A DNA stretch of 32,000 bases from Bacillus subtilis subsp. subtilis str. 168 (GCF_000009045.1 NC_000964.3:4170001-4202000); one strand, 5' to 3'. Positions 8,291 to 17,398 are shown, counted from the first letter of the stretch. The notes: a model not told the origin generated them from the letters alone. Made by a program: numbers and translations.

Positions 8291-9130
8291 TTGTCTGCGG
8301 AAGTAACGTTACATGACAATATACATTATGATTTAAGTGCGGATTGCCAGCACTGTTTTGGCCTGTGCTGTGTCGCCTTGCCTTATGCGAAGTCGGCAGA
8401 TTTTGCTTTTGATAAAGACGGGGGCACGCCTTGCCGCAACTTACAATCAAACTATCAATGTTCTATACATAAAGATCTCAGAGAAAAAGGATTTCGAGGC
8501 TGCTCTGCATATGAATGCTTTGGCGCCGGCCAAAAAGTATCCCAAATCACTTATGAGGGAAAGGATTGGCGAAACAGCCCCGAAACGGCCAACCAGATGT
8601 TTGACGTTTTTCCTATCATGCAGCAGCTGCACGAAATGCTCTGGTATTTACATGAAGCTCTTTCTATAGATATAGCCAAGCCGATTCATTCTGAACTGAG
8701 AACCACTTTCGAAAAAATAGAAAGGCTCACCAGACTCAGCAAAGAACGCTTGCTGACACTGCAGGTGGACGAGCATCGAGCTGAGGTCAATGAATGGCTG
8801 TTAAAAACAAGTGAACTGGTGCGTGCCCAAGCCCGCCATCCAAAACTCCCGAAAAAGGTCAGCCGGGGAAGTGTCCTGATCGGCGCGAAACTGAAAGGGC
8901 TTGATCTGCGAGGAGCAAATCTAAGAGGGGCGCTGCTCATAGCCGCCGATCTGAGAAATGCCGATTTGAGAATGACAGACTTTATCGGTGCAGATATGAG
9001 AGACGCTGATCTCAGCGGCGCCGACCTGACCGGGAGCATCTTTTTGACACAGGCACAGGTGAACGCCGCCAACGGCGATTCGAATACAAAGCTGCCGCTG
9101 TCTGTACGAACCCCTGCCCATTGGAAATAA
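8291..9130 (+). CDS. yybG: Pentapeptide-repeat protein with Cys-rich N-terminal domain
   Basis: TTG start after AAGGGGTGA. N-terminus CQHCFGLCCVALPY...PCRNL...CSIH...GCSAYECFGAG. C-terminus GANLRGALLIAADLRNADLRMTDFIGADMRDADLSGADLTGS (A(D/N)LXX repeats). Confidence 0.9.
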   Translation: MSAEVTLHDNIHYDLSADCQHCFGLCCVALPYAKSADFAFDKDGGTPCRNLQSNYQCSIHKDLREKGFRGCSAYECFGAGQKVSQITYEGKDWRNSPETANQMFDVFPIMQQLHEMLWYLHEALSIDIAKPIHSELRTTFEKIERLTRLSKERLLTLQVDEHRAEVNEWLLKTSELVRAQARHPKLPKKVSRGSVLIGAKLKGLDLRGANLRGALLIAADLRNADLRMTDFIGADMRDADLSGADLTGSIFLTQAQVNAANGDSNTKLPLSVRTPAHWK

Positions 9131-9160
9131 AAAAGGACCCGCTAACGGTCCTTTTTTACT
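9128..9160. terminator. Bidirectional terminator between the convergent genes yybG and yybF
   Basis: AAAAAAGGACC / GGTCCTTTTTT stem around the loop CGCTAAC. Confidence 0.7.
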
Positions 9161-9162
9161 GA

Positions 9163-10377
9163 TCAATTCAATCCTTTTTCGTTCCTCTTATCCGGCATTT
9201 TCACACTTCTTGCCAAGTATCCCGACAGCCATAACGCAACCAGCAGCATGAAGGTGATCATACCGACGACGCCCAGCCAGTGAAAACCAGACCAGAATAG
9301 CCCTCCGATTGTTCCGAAAACACTTGAACCGGCGTAATAAAAGAACAAATACAGCGATGAAGCCTGTGCTTTGTTGTGAAGGGCTCTCCTGCCCACCCAG
9401 CTGCTGGCAACTGAATGCCCTCCGAAAAAACCGAATGTAAAGAGGGCAATCCCCAGAATTTTCACTGCCAGCATATTGTTTATCGTAAATAACGCACCTG
9501 CAATGACGATGAAAATATTCATCACCAATATTTTCGGATAGCCATACCGATCAACCATTCTTCCAATGAAAGACGAGCTGAAAATGCCTACAATCATCAC
9601 AATAAAGATCCAGCTGGAAAATGCTTTATTAAGCGAATACGGCGGGCCCAACAGCACATACACAATGTAATTAAACAAGGCAACATTGCTTCCAAGCAGC
9701 AAAAAACCAATGAGAAACAAGCTGAATAGTTTACGGTCCCTCAAGTGGCCGATCAGAGACATTCCCAATTTCCCGAGCTTCAATTTTCTTGGCGTAAAAT
9801 GCCTGGATGGCGGCAAATTTATAAAAAATATAACACTAGCAATCAAACTAATGACACCAATTGTCCCCATCGCCATATGCCAATTCAAGTACTCGCTCAG
9901 GAGCCCGGAAACGATCCTTCCGAAAACGGCGCCGATTGCATTTCCGCTGATATATAGCCCCATCGCTGATCCAAGACTTCCGGGTTCAATTTCTTCCCCA
10001 AGATAAGCCATCGCAATCGACGGAAGGCCTGCGAGCGCAACGCCTTGAATGGTTCTCAATACGAGCAGTGTATGAAAGCTCGGACTAAAGGCCGATGCCA
10101 GACAGAGAACCGATGCGGCCAGCATGGAAATACCCATAATAGGCTTGCGTCCCCACACCTCGGATAATGAACCAAAGACAAGCATGCTCACAGCTAACAG
10201 CATTGTGGTAACAGATAAAGAAAGACTCGCCGCAGTAGGCGTTACATGAAATTCCCGCGTGAATTCCTCCATGAGCGGCTGTACGCAATATAGAATCGCA
10301 AATGTATTGAAACCCGCAGCGAAGAAAGCAAACGTAATTTTTCGAAAAACCGGTGTGCCTTTTCGAATGTATGTCAT
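9163..10377 (-). CDS. yybF: MFS transporter (YnfM-like)
   Basis: 12-TM profile; MFS motif A GSLSEVWGRKPIM. Confidence 0.9.
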   Translation of the reverse strand: MTYIRKGTPVFRKITFAFFAAGFNTFAILYCVQPLMEEFTREFHVTPTAASLSLSVTTMLLAVSMLVFGSLSEVWGRKPIMGISMLAASVLCLASAFSPSFHTLLVLRTIQGVALAGLPSIAMAYLGEEIEPGSLGSAMGLYISGNAIGAVFGRIVSGLLSEYLNWHMAMGTIGVISLIASVIFFINLPPSRHFTPRKLKLGKLGMSLIGHLRDRKLFSLFLIGFLLLGSNVALFNYIVYVLLGPPYSLNKAFSSWIFIVMIVGIFSSSFIGRMVDRYGYPKILVMNIFIVIAGALFTINNMLAVKILGIALFTFGFFGGHSVASSWVGRRALHNKAQASSLYLFFYYAGSSVFGTIGGLFWSGFHWLGVVGMITFMLLVALWLSGYLARSVKMPDKRNEKGLN

Positions 10378-10485
10378 CGGGACTTTATCGGTCCCTCATC
10401 ATGTTGTGGAGCACTGCCATTCATAAACAATCATCCTTTATTTCTTACGAATTCAAACATCCTCGAGTCTGTTTATATTATTATC

Positions 10486-10513
10486 TTAGCACCGTTGATA
10501 TATGTTGTATAAT
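10486..10513 (+). promoter_or_regulatory. Candidate sigmaA promoter for yybE-yybD
   Basis: TTAGCA (10486-10491), 16-nt spacer, TATAAT (10508-10513), in the divergent yybF/yybE intergenic region. Confidence 0.4.
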
Positions 10514-10563
10514 GCATATAAAATATCCTTTTCATGCTTATATGTAATAAGGAGAGATGATAA

Positions 10564-11442
10564 TTGGAATGGGAACAACTTGAATATTTTCAAACACTGG
10601 CCCGGATGCAGCACGTCACGAAAGCCGCAAAAAGCCTCTCCATCACACAGCCTGCACTTTCACGCTCTATCGCCAGGCTGGAAAATCATTTGGGCGTCCC
10701 GCTATTTGACAGGCAAGGACGATCCATCAGCTTAAATCAATACGGACACATTTTTTTACGACGGGTTCAGGCGATGATGAAGGAGTATACCGAAGGAAAA
10801 GAAGAAATCCAAGCCTTATTAAAGCCAGACCAAGGCGTAGTCTCTCTCGGTTTTTTACATACATTAGGCACCACGCTCGTGCCCGATCTCATCGGCTCCT
10901 TTCAGCAGGAATACCCCAACATTTCCTTCCAGCTGAAGCAAAACCACTCTTATTGGCTGCTTGAACGATTAAAATCCGGAGATCTGGACCTCTGTCTCCT
11001 CGCTTCGATTAAGCCTGAAAATCCGATCCAATGGATCAAGCTGTGGAGTGAAGAACTCTTTGTATTTGTGCCAAATGATCACCCATTAGCCAGTCGCGAA
11101 AGCATTACCCTGAATGAGATTGCCGGGGAGCGTTTTATTTTATTGAAAAAGGGCTATGCGCTTCGGATGACGGTCGATGAGCTGTTTGAGAAGGCCAATA
11201 TACAGCCGAACATTATGTTTGAAGGAGAAGAAGCAACTACTGCCGCAGGTTTTGTGGCAGCCGGTCTGGGCATATCTATTCTCCCAGACCTGAAAGGCTT
11301 AGACCAAAGCAAAATCACCAAAATCCGCGTCAGCTGGCCGGAATGTCAGCGTGTCATAGGAATTGCCTGGATAAAAGGCAGGTTTTTATCACCGGTTGCT
11401 GAGACCTTTAAACAATATGTGATCAGCCATTTTTCTGAGTAG
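10564..11442 (+). CDS. yybE: LysR-type transcriptional regulator
   Basis: TTG start 7 nt after AAGGAGAG. HTH LEYFQTLARMQHVTKAAKSLSITQPALSRSIARLE. Divergent from MFS gene yybF, the classic LysR layout. Confidence 0.9.
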   Translation: MEWEQLEYFQTLARMQHVTKAAKSLSITQPALSRSIARLENHLGVPLFDRQGRSISLNQYGHIFLRRVQAMMKEYTEGKEEIQALLKPDQGVVSLGFLHTLGTTLVPDLIGSFQQEYPNISFQLKQNHSYWLLERLKSGDLDLCLLASIKPENPIQWIKLWSEELFVFVPNDHPLASRESITLNEIAGERFILLKKGYALRMTVDELFEKANIQPNIMFEGEEATTAAGFVAAGLGISILPDLKGLDQSKITKIRVSWPECQRVIGIAWIKGRFLSPVAETFKQYVISHFSE

Positions 11443-11455
11443 GAAGGATTCAAGC

Positions 11456-11899
11456 ATGAATGTCAAAAAAATCACGTCAGAACAGGATTTACATACAGCG
11501 TTTGAAATCAGAAAGGCAGTATTTGTAGAGGAACAAGGCTGTCCCATTTCGGATGAATTCGATGAGTTCGATACACTCCACGGTGACTGCCAGCACATCC
11601 TGGCTTATCATCAGAATGTACCTGTTGGCACTGCACGTGTCCGTATCGTTGGCCACACGGGGAAACTGGAACGAATCTGCATTCTGAAGTCTTACCGCAA
11701 ATTCGGTTTGGGAAAAGTGATCGTCGATGCATTAGAACGTATTGTAAAAGAACAAGGCATTTCTGCCTTCAAACTGCACGGCCAGACACAGGCGGCAGGC
11801 TTTTATGAAAAGCTCGGCTATCGGACTGCATCAGAAGAATTTATGCTGGACGGCATTCCGCATGTGCTGATGACAAAACAAGACGATTCTGCGCTATAG
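11456..11899 (+). CDS. yybD: GNAT N-acetyltransferase
   Basis: Acetyl-CoA motif ICILKSYRKFGLGKVIV. About 65% aa identity by eye to the product of 14017-14463. Confidence 0.9.
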   Translation: MNVKKITSEQDLHTAFEIRKAVFVEEQGCPISDEFDEFDTLHGDCQHILAYHQNVPVGTARVRIVGHTGKLERICILKSYRKFGLGKVIVDALERIVKEQGISAFKLHGQTQAAGFYEKLGYRTASEEFMLDGIPHVLMTKQDDSAL

Positions 11900-11981
11900 A
11901 TTGTTCACAAATTTGTCACTTATGAGCATGAACGGTTCATTGGTATACTAATCACCGATTATGGAGAGAAGGAATGATTGT

Positions 11982-12461
11982 ATGCCAGCAAATAAAAAAG
12001 AAGGCCTTATATTTGGCGTGATGATGTGCTTTGGAATGGTTTGCGTCATGTCGATTTACAATGCCATCATCAACCGAGCCATCTACGATTTTTCACTGAT
12101 GACCGTTTTTGAAATGGTCATCGGTTTTATGATCGCCCTCCTGTTAGATTTACTGTTAGTGGGCCCCCTCGCCAAGAAGATTGCATTCCGCATGCCGTTC
12201 GACAAGACTAAAAAAATTTATGTCATCCTTGCCATGTCAACTTGTATGGTGATTGGCATGGTACTTTGTATGTCTGTGTTCGGTTTAGTGACAGCGGTTC
12301 TAGCAAATGGGCTGAACGGGGACAGCCTCTTCAGTGCTTATCTTATGATTGTGTTGAAAAATTTCATCCTGGCCTATCCGTTGCAATTACTGATTATGGG
12401 CCCATTAGTCAGAGGAGTTTTCATGAAATTTGTAAAACCAAAGCTCACAGCCGCAATTTAA
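11982..12461 (+). CDS. yybC: Small integral membrane protein (DUF2798-like)
   Basis: ORF 11961-12461. ATG 11982 follows GAGAGAAGGAA. 4 TM segments. Confidence 0.8.
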   Translation: MPANKKEGLIFGVMMCFGMVCVMSIYNAIINRAIYDFSLMTVFEMVIGFMIALLLDLLLVGPLAKKIAFRMPFDKTKKIYVILAMSTCMVIGMVLCMSVFGLVTAVLANGLNGDSLFSAYLMIVLKNFILAYPLQLLIMGPLVRGVFMKFVKPKLTAAI

Positions 12462-12465
12462 ATAG

Positions 12466-12497
12466 AAAAGGAGTGAGCCTGACACTCACTCCTTTTG
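12466..12497 (+). terminator. Rho-independent terminator after yybC
   Basis: Stem GGAGTGAG (12470-12477) / CTCACTCC (12485-12492) followed by TTTT. Confidence 0.7.
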
Positions 12498-12630
12498 CTC
12501 ATGAATCGAATGTAAAACAAGCTCCGCAAAAGCCTCTGCGGCAGGCAGCTGCCATTTTTTCTTTTTGGGTGTGAGTAAATCGGATCGAGGGCTTCACCAT
12601 GCTGGAGATTTTTCAGCTTATGTTTTTCAC
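12478..12630 (-). pseudogene. Possible C-terminal relic of a LysR-type regulator
   Basis: Minus-strand frames read LKNLQHGEALDPIYSHPK and, after a shift in an A-run, KKKWQLPAAEAFAELVLHSIHEQKE*. The L.PAA.AF..L tail resembles LysR C-termini (compare YybE ...FLSPVAETFKQYV). Confidence 0.3.
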
Positions 12631-12635
12631 TTCCA

Positions 12636-13298
12636 TTAATCCCTATACCTTACCACATAGTTTTTATACAATTCTTCGTTATAAAGGATTTCTTCGCCAT
12701 GTGAAGAGCAAATGAGCGTTGGTTTGATTTGATCTATGATTGAGCCGCTGTCGATGTTCTCATTTATATCAACACTGAATCTTCTTATAGGTGGGTGTAA
12801 ATCCTCCTTACTTGTGATAAAAAGGTCGCCCGTCAATAGCGTACGATCGATTTTATGATAATACACAACATGCCCCGGCGAATGGCCAGGTGTTAAATAG
12901 TATTTCAGAGGCAGATGAGCAAGCGTTTGCTCCGTCAGCGGCTGTACAATATGGGCTACCCCTGTGTTCTCCACTTCATTTTTGTTCGGATATGGCTCTT
13001 CCCCATTGATGTACTTTAGTTCTTTCTGGTGCGCAAAAATCGGAATATCAAATCTCTCTAACCATTTTGATGCACCCCCGATATGATCACTGTGGCCATG
13101 GGTAAGCAAAATGGCTTTTGGATTGCCGATCGCTAACGCTGCCCTAATTTGAGCATCAGCAAAACGTTCTATTCCCGTATCAACAATATAAACATCATCA
13201 CCATCTTTGATAAACCAGGTATGAACCGGAATACGAAGAGGCACATCAAGCTCAAATTCACATTGAAAGACATGTTCTGATAGTTGTCTCAAATTCAC
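12636..13298 (-). CDS. yybB: Metallo-beta-lactamase-fold hydrolase
   Basis: ORF 12636-13370. GTG 13298 lies 9 nt after GGAG. HxHxDH motif LTHGHSDHIGG. Confidence 0.9.
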   Translation of the reverse strand: MNLRQLSEHVFQCEFELDVPLRIPVHTWFIKDGDDVYIVDTGIERFADAQIRAALAIGNPKAILLTHGHSDHIGGASKWLERFDIPIFAHQKELKYINGEEPYPNKNEVENTGVAHIVQPLTEQTLAHLPLKYYLTPGHSPGHVVYYHKIDRTLLTGDLFITSKEDLHPPIRRFSVDINENIDSGSIIDQIKPTLICSSHGEEILYNEELYKNYVVRYRD

Positions 13299-13444
13299 GC
13301 AAACCATCTCCTGTGGAAATTTTTTGATAGTTTTAAAGAAAACAGAAGTGAACGGACTATTTTCACCCACGCTCGAGCTGACTGGATTCTTGAGAGGAAA
13401 CGCCGATTTTCGCCAGCATCAGCTCAACTTGTTAACGTTGTCCA

Positions 13445-13897
13445 TTAATAATCCCTTTTGTTCCCCTTCTTCACATATTCCCAATCACGTTCTATATTCT
13501 TCCTCACTCTATGAAGGAGTGCAGAAATGGTTTCCTTTTCCTCTGAAGTAAAACCGGACAAGGCCACTTCCGTGGAATGTTCTCCTTCTCTTCTTAACAA
13601 TGGATATACCTTTTTCCCTTTCTCAGTCGGGAACAGTTTTTTTATTTTTTTATTTTGCTCATCCGGCAGTTTTTGAATAAATCCCTGCATTTCCAGCTTC
13701 TTAATGGCCCGCGCGGCCGTTGTCCGGTCCACTTTTATCATTTCCGCCAATTTTTCTTGAATAATTCCCGGATTTTCGTATATACGCACGAGATAGAGAT
13801 ACTGCCCTCTTGTTAAGTCTAAATCTTTAAATTCGATGTTGCTTATGGAATCCAACGCTCTTGCTATCATGCCGATCTCACGCAAAATATCATTCAT
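13445..13897 (-). CDS. yybA: MarR-family transcriptional regulator
   Basis: Winged-HTH region LTRGQYLYLVRIYENPGIIQEKLAEMIKVDRTTAARAIKKLEMQGFI. Divergent from yyaT. Confidence 0.9.
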   Translation of the reverse strand: MNDILREIGMIARALDSISNIEFKDLDLTRGQYLYLVRIYENPGIIQEKLAEMIKVDRTTAARAIKKLEMQGFIQKLPDEQNKKIKKLFPTEKGKKVYPLLRREGEHSTEVALSGFTSEEKETISALLHRVRKNIERDWEYVKKGNKRDY

Positions 13898-13917
13898 TCC
13901 TAAAACCCCTCACGTAT

Positions 13918-13941
13918 TTTTGTTGCAATTACAACAAAAAT
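13918..13941. promoter_or_regulatory. Near-perfect 24-bp palindrome, candidate YybA (MarR) operator overlapping a yyaT promoter
   Basis: TTTTTGTTG-CAATTA-CAACAAAAA. A possible -35 TTACAA inside it, a 17-nt spacer, then TACTAT. Confidence 0.5.
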
Positions 13942-14016
13942 GTTTTAACCTTACTATTATAAGACCACATGCGTGCTGTACAGTCCAGACTAATATCAGA
14001 AAAGGATTGATTCATA

Positions 14017-14463
14017 ATGAATATAAAAAGAATAACAACTGAAGCTGATTTACATGAAGCTTTAAAGATTAGAAGAGGCGTTTTCATTGAGGAGCAACAT
14101 GTGTCTGAAGCCGATGAGTTCGATGAATTTGATACGCTTCAGGAACAATGCCAGCATATCTTGGTATATCATGAGAATCAGCCTGTCGGCACCGGACGCG
14201 CGCGCATCGTTGGCCATACAGCAAAGCTGGAAAGAATCTGCATCCTAAAACCTTACCGTAAGTACGGATTGGGGAAGATCATCGTAAGCGGGTTAGAGGA
14301 AATCATGAAAGAAAAAGGACTGACTTCATATAAGCTGCATGGTCAAACACAAGCGGCAGGCTTTTATCAAAAACTGGGCTACCAGATTTCTTCACAGGAA
14401 TTTATGGAGGACGGCATCCCTCACGTCTTGATGACAAAAGAAATATCGCGGAATATAACATGA
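14017..14463 (+). CDS. yyaT: GNAT N-acetyltransferase (paralog of yybD)
   Basis: Motif ICILKPYRKYGLGKIIV. Collinear similarity to YybD over the full length. Confidence 0.9.
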   Translation: MNIKRITTEADLHEALKIRRGVFIEEQHVSEADEFDEFDTLQEQCQHILVYHENQPVGTGRARIVGHTAKLERICILKPYRKYGLGKIIVSGLEEIMKEKGLTSYKLHGQTQAAGFYQKLGYQISSQEFMEDGIPHVLMTKEISRNIT

Positions 14464-15065
14464 AATATATGTATTACGGAATAGGCATACTCATATTAAG
14501 TTTGGGCATTTCCTTAACCATACAATCAGGACTGGGCACATCACCCTTCGATGCCCTTTTGGTTGGTCTGTCAAAAAAAATCGGTCTTACCGTAGGAAGC
14601 TGGGAGGTCCTTATTTCTGTGATCCTCTTAATCTGCAACGCTATATTAACGAGAAAAAAACCTATTTTGCTGGGCTTGATTACAGCATTCATTACTGGAA
14701 TAGGCATTGACCTATGGTTGTTTGTTGTAAAAAACACCATCTATCTAAACTCGTTGTTAAGCAAACTGATTTGTTTTGGAATTGGTTTGGTGCTCATCGG
14801 TCTTGGAACAGCCATCTATCTTCAGACGAAATTCGCATCAACACCGATCGATCATTTAACACTTATTATCCGAGATCTCTCCAAAAGAACAATATTGTTT
14901 TCAAGGACATTGGTATACGCTCTTTTCTTAGTATTAGCCATCATCTTTAAAGGCCCTATCGGCATCGGAACTCTTTTAACGGTTTGTTTGGGAGGAATGC
15001 TCCTTCACGTTTTTATGCCTATTGTGGAAAGACATTTCTTATCAAAGAATAGAAGAGGTTATTAA
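14460..15065 (+). CDS. yyaS: Integral membrane protein (YczE/YyaS/YitT-like)
   Basis: ATGA overlap with yyaT. About 5-6 TM segments. Confidence 0.85.
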   Translation: MKYMYYGIGILILSLGISLTIQSGLGTSPFDALLVGLSKKIGLTVGSWEVLISVILLICNAILTRKKPILLGLITAFITGIGIDLWLFVVKNTIYLNSLLSKLICFGIGLVLIGLGTAIYLQTKFASTPIDHLTLIIRDLSKRTILFSRTLVYALFLVLAIIFKGPIGIGTLLTVCLGGMLLHVFMPIVERHFLSKNRRGY

Positions 15066-15084
15066 GAAACCTCTTCTCGATCCA

Positions 15085-15120
15085 AAAAACGAAACGCAAA
15101 ACAAGCCCCGTTTCGTTGTC
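15085..15120 (-). terminator. Terminator downstream of satA (minus strand)
   Basis: Minus strand reads AACGAAACG...CGTTTCGTT followed by TTTTTT. Confidence 0.6.
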
Positions 15121-15159
15121 AATTCTTTATCTCTGGTACTGTTGAGGTTTTATAATCAA

Positions 15160-15681
15160 TTAAAATTTATAGTACCAAAAAATCGCAATTTCATTTGCTG
15201 TTGGAAAGTTGGAATAAAGCATCGTATCAACCGCACCTATTATAAAGTGATGTTTGGCATAAAAATGACAAGCTGAAATATTAATATCTTGGGTTTCAAG
15301 CATAAGACCACAAAAATGATTCTCCTTTGCCCACTCAATCGCTTTATGTAATAATGCTGTTCCAACACCTTTTTTTCTATAGTCTTTTGCCACGGCAATG
15401 TCCTCTATTAGTGCATACCCATTCCAGTTAGAACGGATCTTAATCCGGCCAATGCAGTTGTTTTCAAGATAATATAAAAAAGCCGCTTTCCCCTCTTCTT
15501 CAACATAACTAACATCCATGTCATCATCTTCATATTGTTTAAAATAAGGTTTAGAAAATCGTTCCTCAGTATATGTCCAAACACCGTTTTCAAAAGCAGG
15601 TATCATTCTCCCAAAAACAACGAAAGGTTCGTTTGGTTTATTGAAATCTTTCATATTCAAATGAGTCATTTTCATGATCAT
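15160..15681 (-). CDS. satA: GNAT acetyltransferase, streptothricin acetyltransferase type
   Basis: ORF 15160-15696. ATG 15681 lies 7 nt after GGAG. Motif IEDIAVAKDYRKKGVGTALL. Recalled as YyaR, renamed SatA. Confidence 0.88.
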   Translation of the reverse strand: MIMKMTHLNMKDFNKPNEPFVVFGRMIPAFENGVWTYTEERFSKPYFKQYEDDDMDVSYVEEEGKAAFLYYLENNCIGRIKIRSNWNGYALIEDIAVAKDYRKKGVGTALLHKAIEWAKENHFCGLMLETQDINISACHFYAKHHFIIGAVDTMLYSNFPTANEIAIFWYYKF

Positions 15682-15870
15682 ATCAATCTCCGCCAATCGA
15701 GATAATATTTAGTAAACTCGTTTCGATACTATTCAACAACAGCTTCCAAAAGTGTACTCTTTAAGAGAACAGCATTAGATAAGGCATCCATTACCTTATA
15801 TATTTCACTATCTTAATGAGGTATTTCAACAGAGGCTTGTGGTACAGTAAAAAGGAATAGAAACAAGAGA

Positions 15871-15981
15871 AAAGAAGATGAACCTATGCCCACTAACAAT
15901 AAACTCAATGAGAAATATCATACTTCCTTCAACTCGCCCACAACCCTGTTGACTAGTATCCGTGGAGAGAGGAAGCTTTGA
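15871..15981 (+). pseudogene. Most decayed copy (copy 1) of the yyaL RBS plus 5' coding end
   Basis: AAAGAAGATGAACCTATGCCCACTAACAATAAAC...CGCCCACAACCCTGTTGACT...GGAAGCTTTGA aligns to 21183-21310 with an ~18-bp deletion and many substitutions. Confidence 0.6.
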
Positions 15982-16091
15982 CACAGCTTCTGCCATTGAT
16001 GACATCTCTATTGAAGTATCCAAAGGACAACCAAGGATCGCTCTTTGACTTTTTCAAGAAGAAAGTAGAGTGAATAAAGGAGTGATTGAGT

Positions 16092-16448
16092 ATGTTAACA
16101 AGAGAAGATATCTTTAAACACGTCAAAGAAAAATACGGTACATCGCCTGATTACCCGTGGGAGAAATACCCAAACTATGCTTCTTTGAGACATACATCAA
16201 ACAAAAAATGGTACGGTCTTATCATGAATGTTCTCCCAGAAAAATTAGGCTTGGATGGTCATGGCGAAATAGATATTCTAAATCTAAAATGTCCCCCTGA
16301 AATAAGTGATCGCTTAAGAAACGGGGAAAATATCTTACCCGGATATCATATGGATAAGGAACATTGGATTTCAATTGTTTTAGAACGGACAGATCCAGAA
16401 GGCGAAATCTATAACTTAATCGAGCAGAGCTTTCATTTAACCAAGTGA
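16092..16448 (+). CDS. yyaQ: MmcQ/YjbR-family small protein
   Basis: ATG 16092 after AAAGGAGTG. Motifs DYPWEKYPNYASLRH, KKWYGLIMNV, LNLKC. Confidence 0.85.
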   Translation: MLTREDIFKHVKEKYGTSPDYPWEKYPNYASLRHTSNKKWYGLIMNVLPEKLGLDGHGEIDILNLKCPPEISDRLRNGENILPGYHMDKEHWISIVLERTDPEGEIYNLIEQSFHLTK

Positions 16449-16607
16449 AGATAAAGAGTGTTCCTGCTAATCAAGCTGCGAAGAGTAGTGGGCACTTTCA
16501 TTTTAGGATACTGTTCTTCACTCTGTCCACAAACGCAACTTAGTTCATCTGGTGCGAGAGTGGGAGAAGAATTTCAACCAACTTCTTATGTAAAAGGATG
16601 AATAGTT

Positions 16608-17174
16608 ATGACAAATAACTTAAAACAGAGAAGAATCATTTTAGATTTAGCAGTTACTTTAGATGGTTTTATTGAAGGGAAAAATGGAGAAGTTGATTGG
16701 TGTATTATGGACCCTGATATGGGGTTTACTGATTTTTTAAATCAAATTGATACTATTTTATATGGTAGAAAAAGCTTCGATTTATGGGGACAATACATTC
16801 CAAAAAATGAAGACCCTGATACAGAAAAGGAACTTTGGAAATTGGTTCATAGTAAAAAGAAATATGTTTTTTCCAGAACACAAAATGAGATTGATAATCA
16901 AGCCATATTTATAAATGATAATATTCTTGAAGAAGTAAATAAATTGAAGAAAAATCCTGGTAAAGACATCTGGCTATATGGTGGAGCGAGTCTCATTACA
17001 ACTTTTATAAATTTGGGGCTTGTTGATGAATTTAGATTATCTATTCACCCTGTTGTTTTGGGAGAAGGAAAACCGTTGTTTATTGATGTAAAACAGAGGA
17101 TAAATTTAAAAATGGTGAATACAAGAACATTTTCCTCTGGCGTTGTGCAAATCGTTTATCATTGGAATGGCTAA
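16608..17174 (+). CDS. yyaP: Dihydrofolate-reductase-like protein (RibD C-terminal domain family)
   Basis: ILDLAVTLDGFIEGKNGEVDW, LYGRKSFD, IWLYGGASL, LSIHPVVLGEGKPLF. The gene is AT-rich. Confidence 0.9.
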   Translation: MTNNLKQRRIILDLAVTLDGFIEGKNGEVDWCIMDPDMGFTDFLNQIDTILYGRKSFDLWGQYIPKNEDPDTEKELWKLVHSKKKYVFSRTQNEIDNQAIFINDNILEEVNKLKKNPGKDIWLYGGASLITTFINLGLVDEFRLSIHPVVLGEGKPLFIDVKQRINLKMVNTRTFSSGVVQIVYHWNG

Positions 17175-17218
17175 CATTGTAAAGTAACACTCGACAGTAA
17201 TCCTTCTTATTGAACTAA

Positions 17219-17252
17219 AGGGGAATCCATAAATAATGGGTTCCCCTTAATA
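17219..17252 (+). terminator. Terminator after yyaP
   Basis: GGGGAATCCAT / ATGGGTTCCCC stem (one mismatch), then TTAATAT. Confidence 0.5.
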
Positions 17253-17398
17253 TACTATGGAATTATCAATATCAAATTTTCTGTAATAAAAGAGGATTGA
17301 AAAGGACGATGTCTCCTCAATTAACATCATTAAGCATTATAGTATATTTTCTTCTCCCTCTTTTAAGTAATCGGCTAAGTTTTGTATTTATAAAAAAA

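Noticed and set aside
8337-9166. Several ORFs overlapping yybG (8337-8669 +, 8447-8632 -, 8686-9072 -, 8921-9166 -)
   Set aside because: They are alternative-frame or antisense ORFs within the pentapeptide-repeat gene. Repeat-rich, GC-rich sequence generates long spurious ORFs.
15826-16023. 65-aa minus-strand ORF
   Set aside because: It is antisense to the decayed yyaL 5' copy 1 and has no RBS.
16449-16475. ATAAAGAGTG after yyaQ, resembling the GAATAAAGAGTGCTTG tail of the yybO copies
   Set aside because: Only ~10 nt match, with no extension on either side, so this is most likely chance.
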